From: Candidatus Poribacteria bacterium
GTDB taxonomy: Bacteria > Poribacteria > WGA-4E > WGA-3G
DNA length: 64,000 bases
Assembly (NCBI GenBank): GCA_965197475.1
Contig: CBDANF010000002.1
Coordinates: 768,001 to 832,000 of the forward strand
Reading direction: 5' to 3'
This document shows, piece by piece, positions 63,301 through 64,000 of the stretch. How positions within the stretch are numbered: position 1 is the first letter of the stretch; each line of letters starts with the position of its first letter. Under the pieces are notes generated by a model that was not told the DNA's origin, ran no database searches, and saw only the letters and a list, made by a program, of their open reading frames with translations. The position numbers and the translations under genes are program-made.

Positions 63301-63969
63301 TGAGGCGATACCTTCCTCTAACCAACGTTGATCAGATGTGCCGCCATTCTGATACCAGTTAACAAGATGCGCAAATTCGTGAGCAAGACTACTATAAAAG
63401 GTGTGTCGCTCGCGTTGTTTGAATTGATAGATATCCATATAGAGTATATCACGTCGATTGCTGGTCGGATATGTGGGATGTTGGTCAACTGGTGAAAAAT
63501 ACCCTCCGTAGTCCTGCCCGGAAGCGTTCATGCCGACATCGTGGAATAAGATAGTTATCCTGTTGTCACGATCTAAACCGGGTTTAAATTCAGAGCCGAT
63601 CCAGTGCTGAACCTTGGGATAGATATTCGTGTCAAAAGTATTGGCGATTGCTACAGCATTAGCGTTAGTTAGCATATCCTGCACAGTGTTGTCAACATAT
63701 ATATAGCAGTGTACGCCTACTGCAACACAGGTAGCCTTGACAGACGTTTCCGGTATGTGAATGAAAAATCGATCTATTTGCCCTAATTGTGCAGGTGCCG
63801 CTAAAATGCTCTCTGCATTTCTCAATTTAAAATCTTGAACTAAATGGTGCGAGTGTTCAATTAACAGAGGTGTGCCGCACTTCCAAGGTTCCGCATGCAA
63901 GACGAGATTCAAACAACAAAACCACCCTATAAGAATGGCAAAACGGATTCTTGAAAAATAACGTAGCAT
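60340..63969 (-). CDS. Large secreted zinc metallopeptidase (M30-like) with LVIVD repeats and a FlgD/T9SS-like C-terminal domain
   Basis: Signal peptide; AHEFAH...WLEEG; repeated YAY.AD...GL.I.D; QNYPNPFNPETWIPY...WNGRN..GE.VASGIYFY. Confidence 0.85.
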   Translation of the reverse strand: MLRYFSRIRFAILIGWFCCLNLVLHAEPWKCGTPLLIEHSHHLVQDFKLRNAESILAAPAQLGQIDRFFIHIPETSVKATCVAVGVHCYIYVDNTVQDMLTNANAVAIANTFDTNIYPKVQHWIGSEFKPGLDRDNRITILFHDVGMNASGQDYGGYFSPVDQHPTYPTSNRRDILYMDIYQFKQRERHTFYSSLAHEFAHLVNWYQNGGTSDQRWLEEGIASFTEWGVYGTVHTLFVDNYLAAPSMSLTTANNTDTYYGAAFMLVLYLYENHGGINFIRQLAAEDTLGLSAIAATLGENENFADVFLNWGIANWFNDTTQGKSFGYLNLLNRKITAHTPRITRYPTTSDDFPIDSWSTQYVLFQNLPENLQLTLQADTQARLYANIVYLAPNTNVLVVKPIPSISDINAGDTHHTNQIEIGNLRNEGEILLIVTSEYPQTFRYVAKHGAADAEIDIEKLPKISRRDLEKSQHLLPPNSVVYLPSSNSESISLGRHVGSSLIASNLSPKIEPMTQIHLSSNYHEIVIQEDKAFAASDWGLEIFSLDPSPTRIGEIATPGNAQAVAVEGNTVYIADGKSGVQVIEVNPLTSPKLLKTLGGFQDARDIHLANGNLYALDTGRGLLVFRQEDIRNNQNPHPKQTFITAGTPFKVSTNAEGKVYLSDNTQGLYILTPDPLGDFAVTNTIPLLALDFEILGEYALIASSNLRILNIGAPLAPEPISQVNTPGLVSGVKFYEGLLYLTDQQAGLHIVDVNNLDIPRVISSQPTIGNAENVTFWRSNNNDATYAYIADGKGGIQTLDVTKPKMPIWINHYDASGIAYALDVSNDVDKTTIAIANGTGGLKIAELTDPYNGKITQDIRTITGTQGALSVKIENQHAFVGTDIGMDVVDLKTGETYTHIRTSDPVWAIAIIDGYAYLCAKSLIIVDISDPERSQIVSRRAFKGSAYKIAFNTSHAYVASLEGGVHIFDISEPALPRPISHFPTEGAATNVALDGEHVYVLDNRKGVLQMDAQNPNELTVLAEYTETRLPIAAAVNEDHLYLLDSESLQIIDTRTMLRLSRNTHLLAPFDLVANNSALYVCDLYELKMFRVHTDRLNLAVEGQPENRSYQTTLSTSSLRNQLFQNYPNPFNPETWIPYSLAKDLQVSLSIYDAQGRLILHQPLGFQLSGKHTAHWNGRNVMGEVVASGIYFYRLEAGSFSTTRKLVVQR

Positions 63970-64000
63970 TAGGATAAACTGCGTTGGCTTTTTATTGTGT

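Overview
A 64-kb bacterial chromosomal window. Several features point, by inference, to the sponge-associated phylum Candidatus Poribacteria: LamG-like proteins ending in 'AVEPxxKLATTWxxIK', a phytanoyl-CoA dioxygenase, WD40/HEAT/TPR proteins, a 'NYPNPFNPETWIPY' C-terminal domain, and dense GTAG-type REPs and MITEs. Housekeeping and metabolic genes include argB, rfbB, trpF, pyrR-pyrC-carA-carB (with a PyrR attenuator) and nagB. These are interspersed with four IS elements, two restriction-modification systems and toxin-antitoxin parts. The most notable locus is invisible to the ORF track. A Ro60/TROVE gene (17075-18721, -) is preceded by four predicted Y RNAs arranged as two tandem pairs, each a circularly permuted tRNA-mimic YrlA-type RNA plus a minimal Ro-binding stem RNA. 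Upstream of them lie a CCA-terminated tRNA 3'-half and a sigma70 promoter with a palindrome in its spacer. A 2.1-kb MITE-bounded insertion has split the array, and a Ski2-like RNA helicase is transcribed divergently from it. A second notable pattern is a set of about 121-bp terminal-inverted-repeat elements. They keep a near-constant length despite unrelated interiors, each carries a REP-like palindrome, they nest inside one another, and they appear to act in pairs as composite transposons. All calls were made by eye, without database searches.
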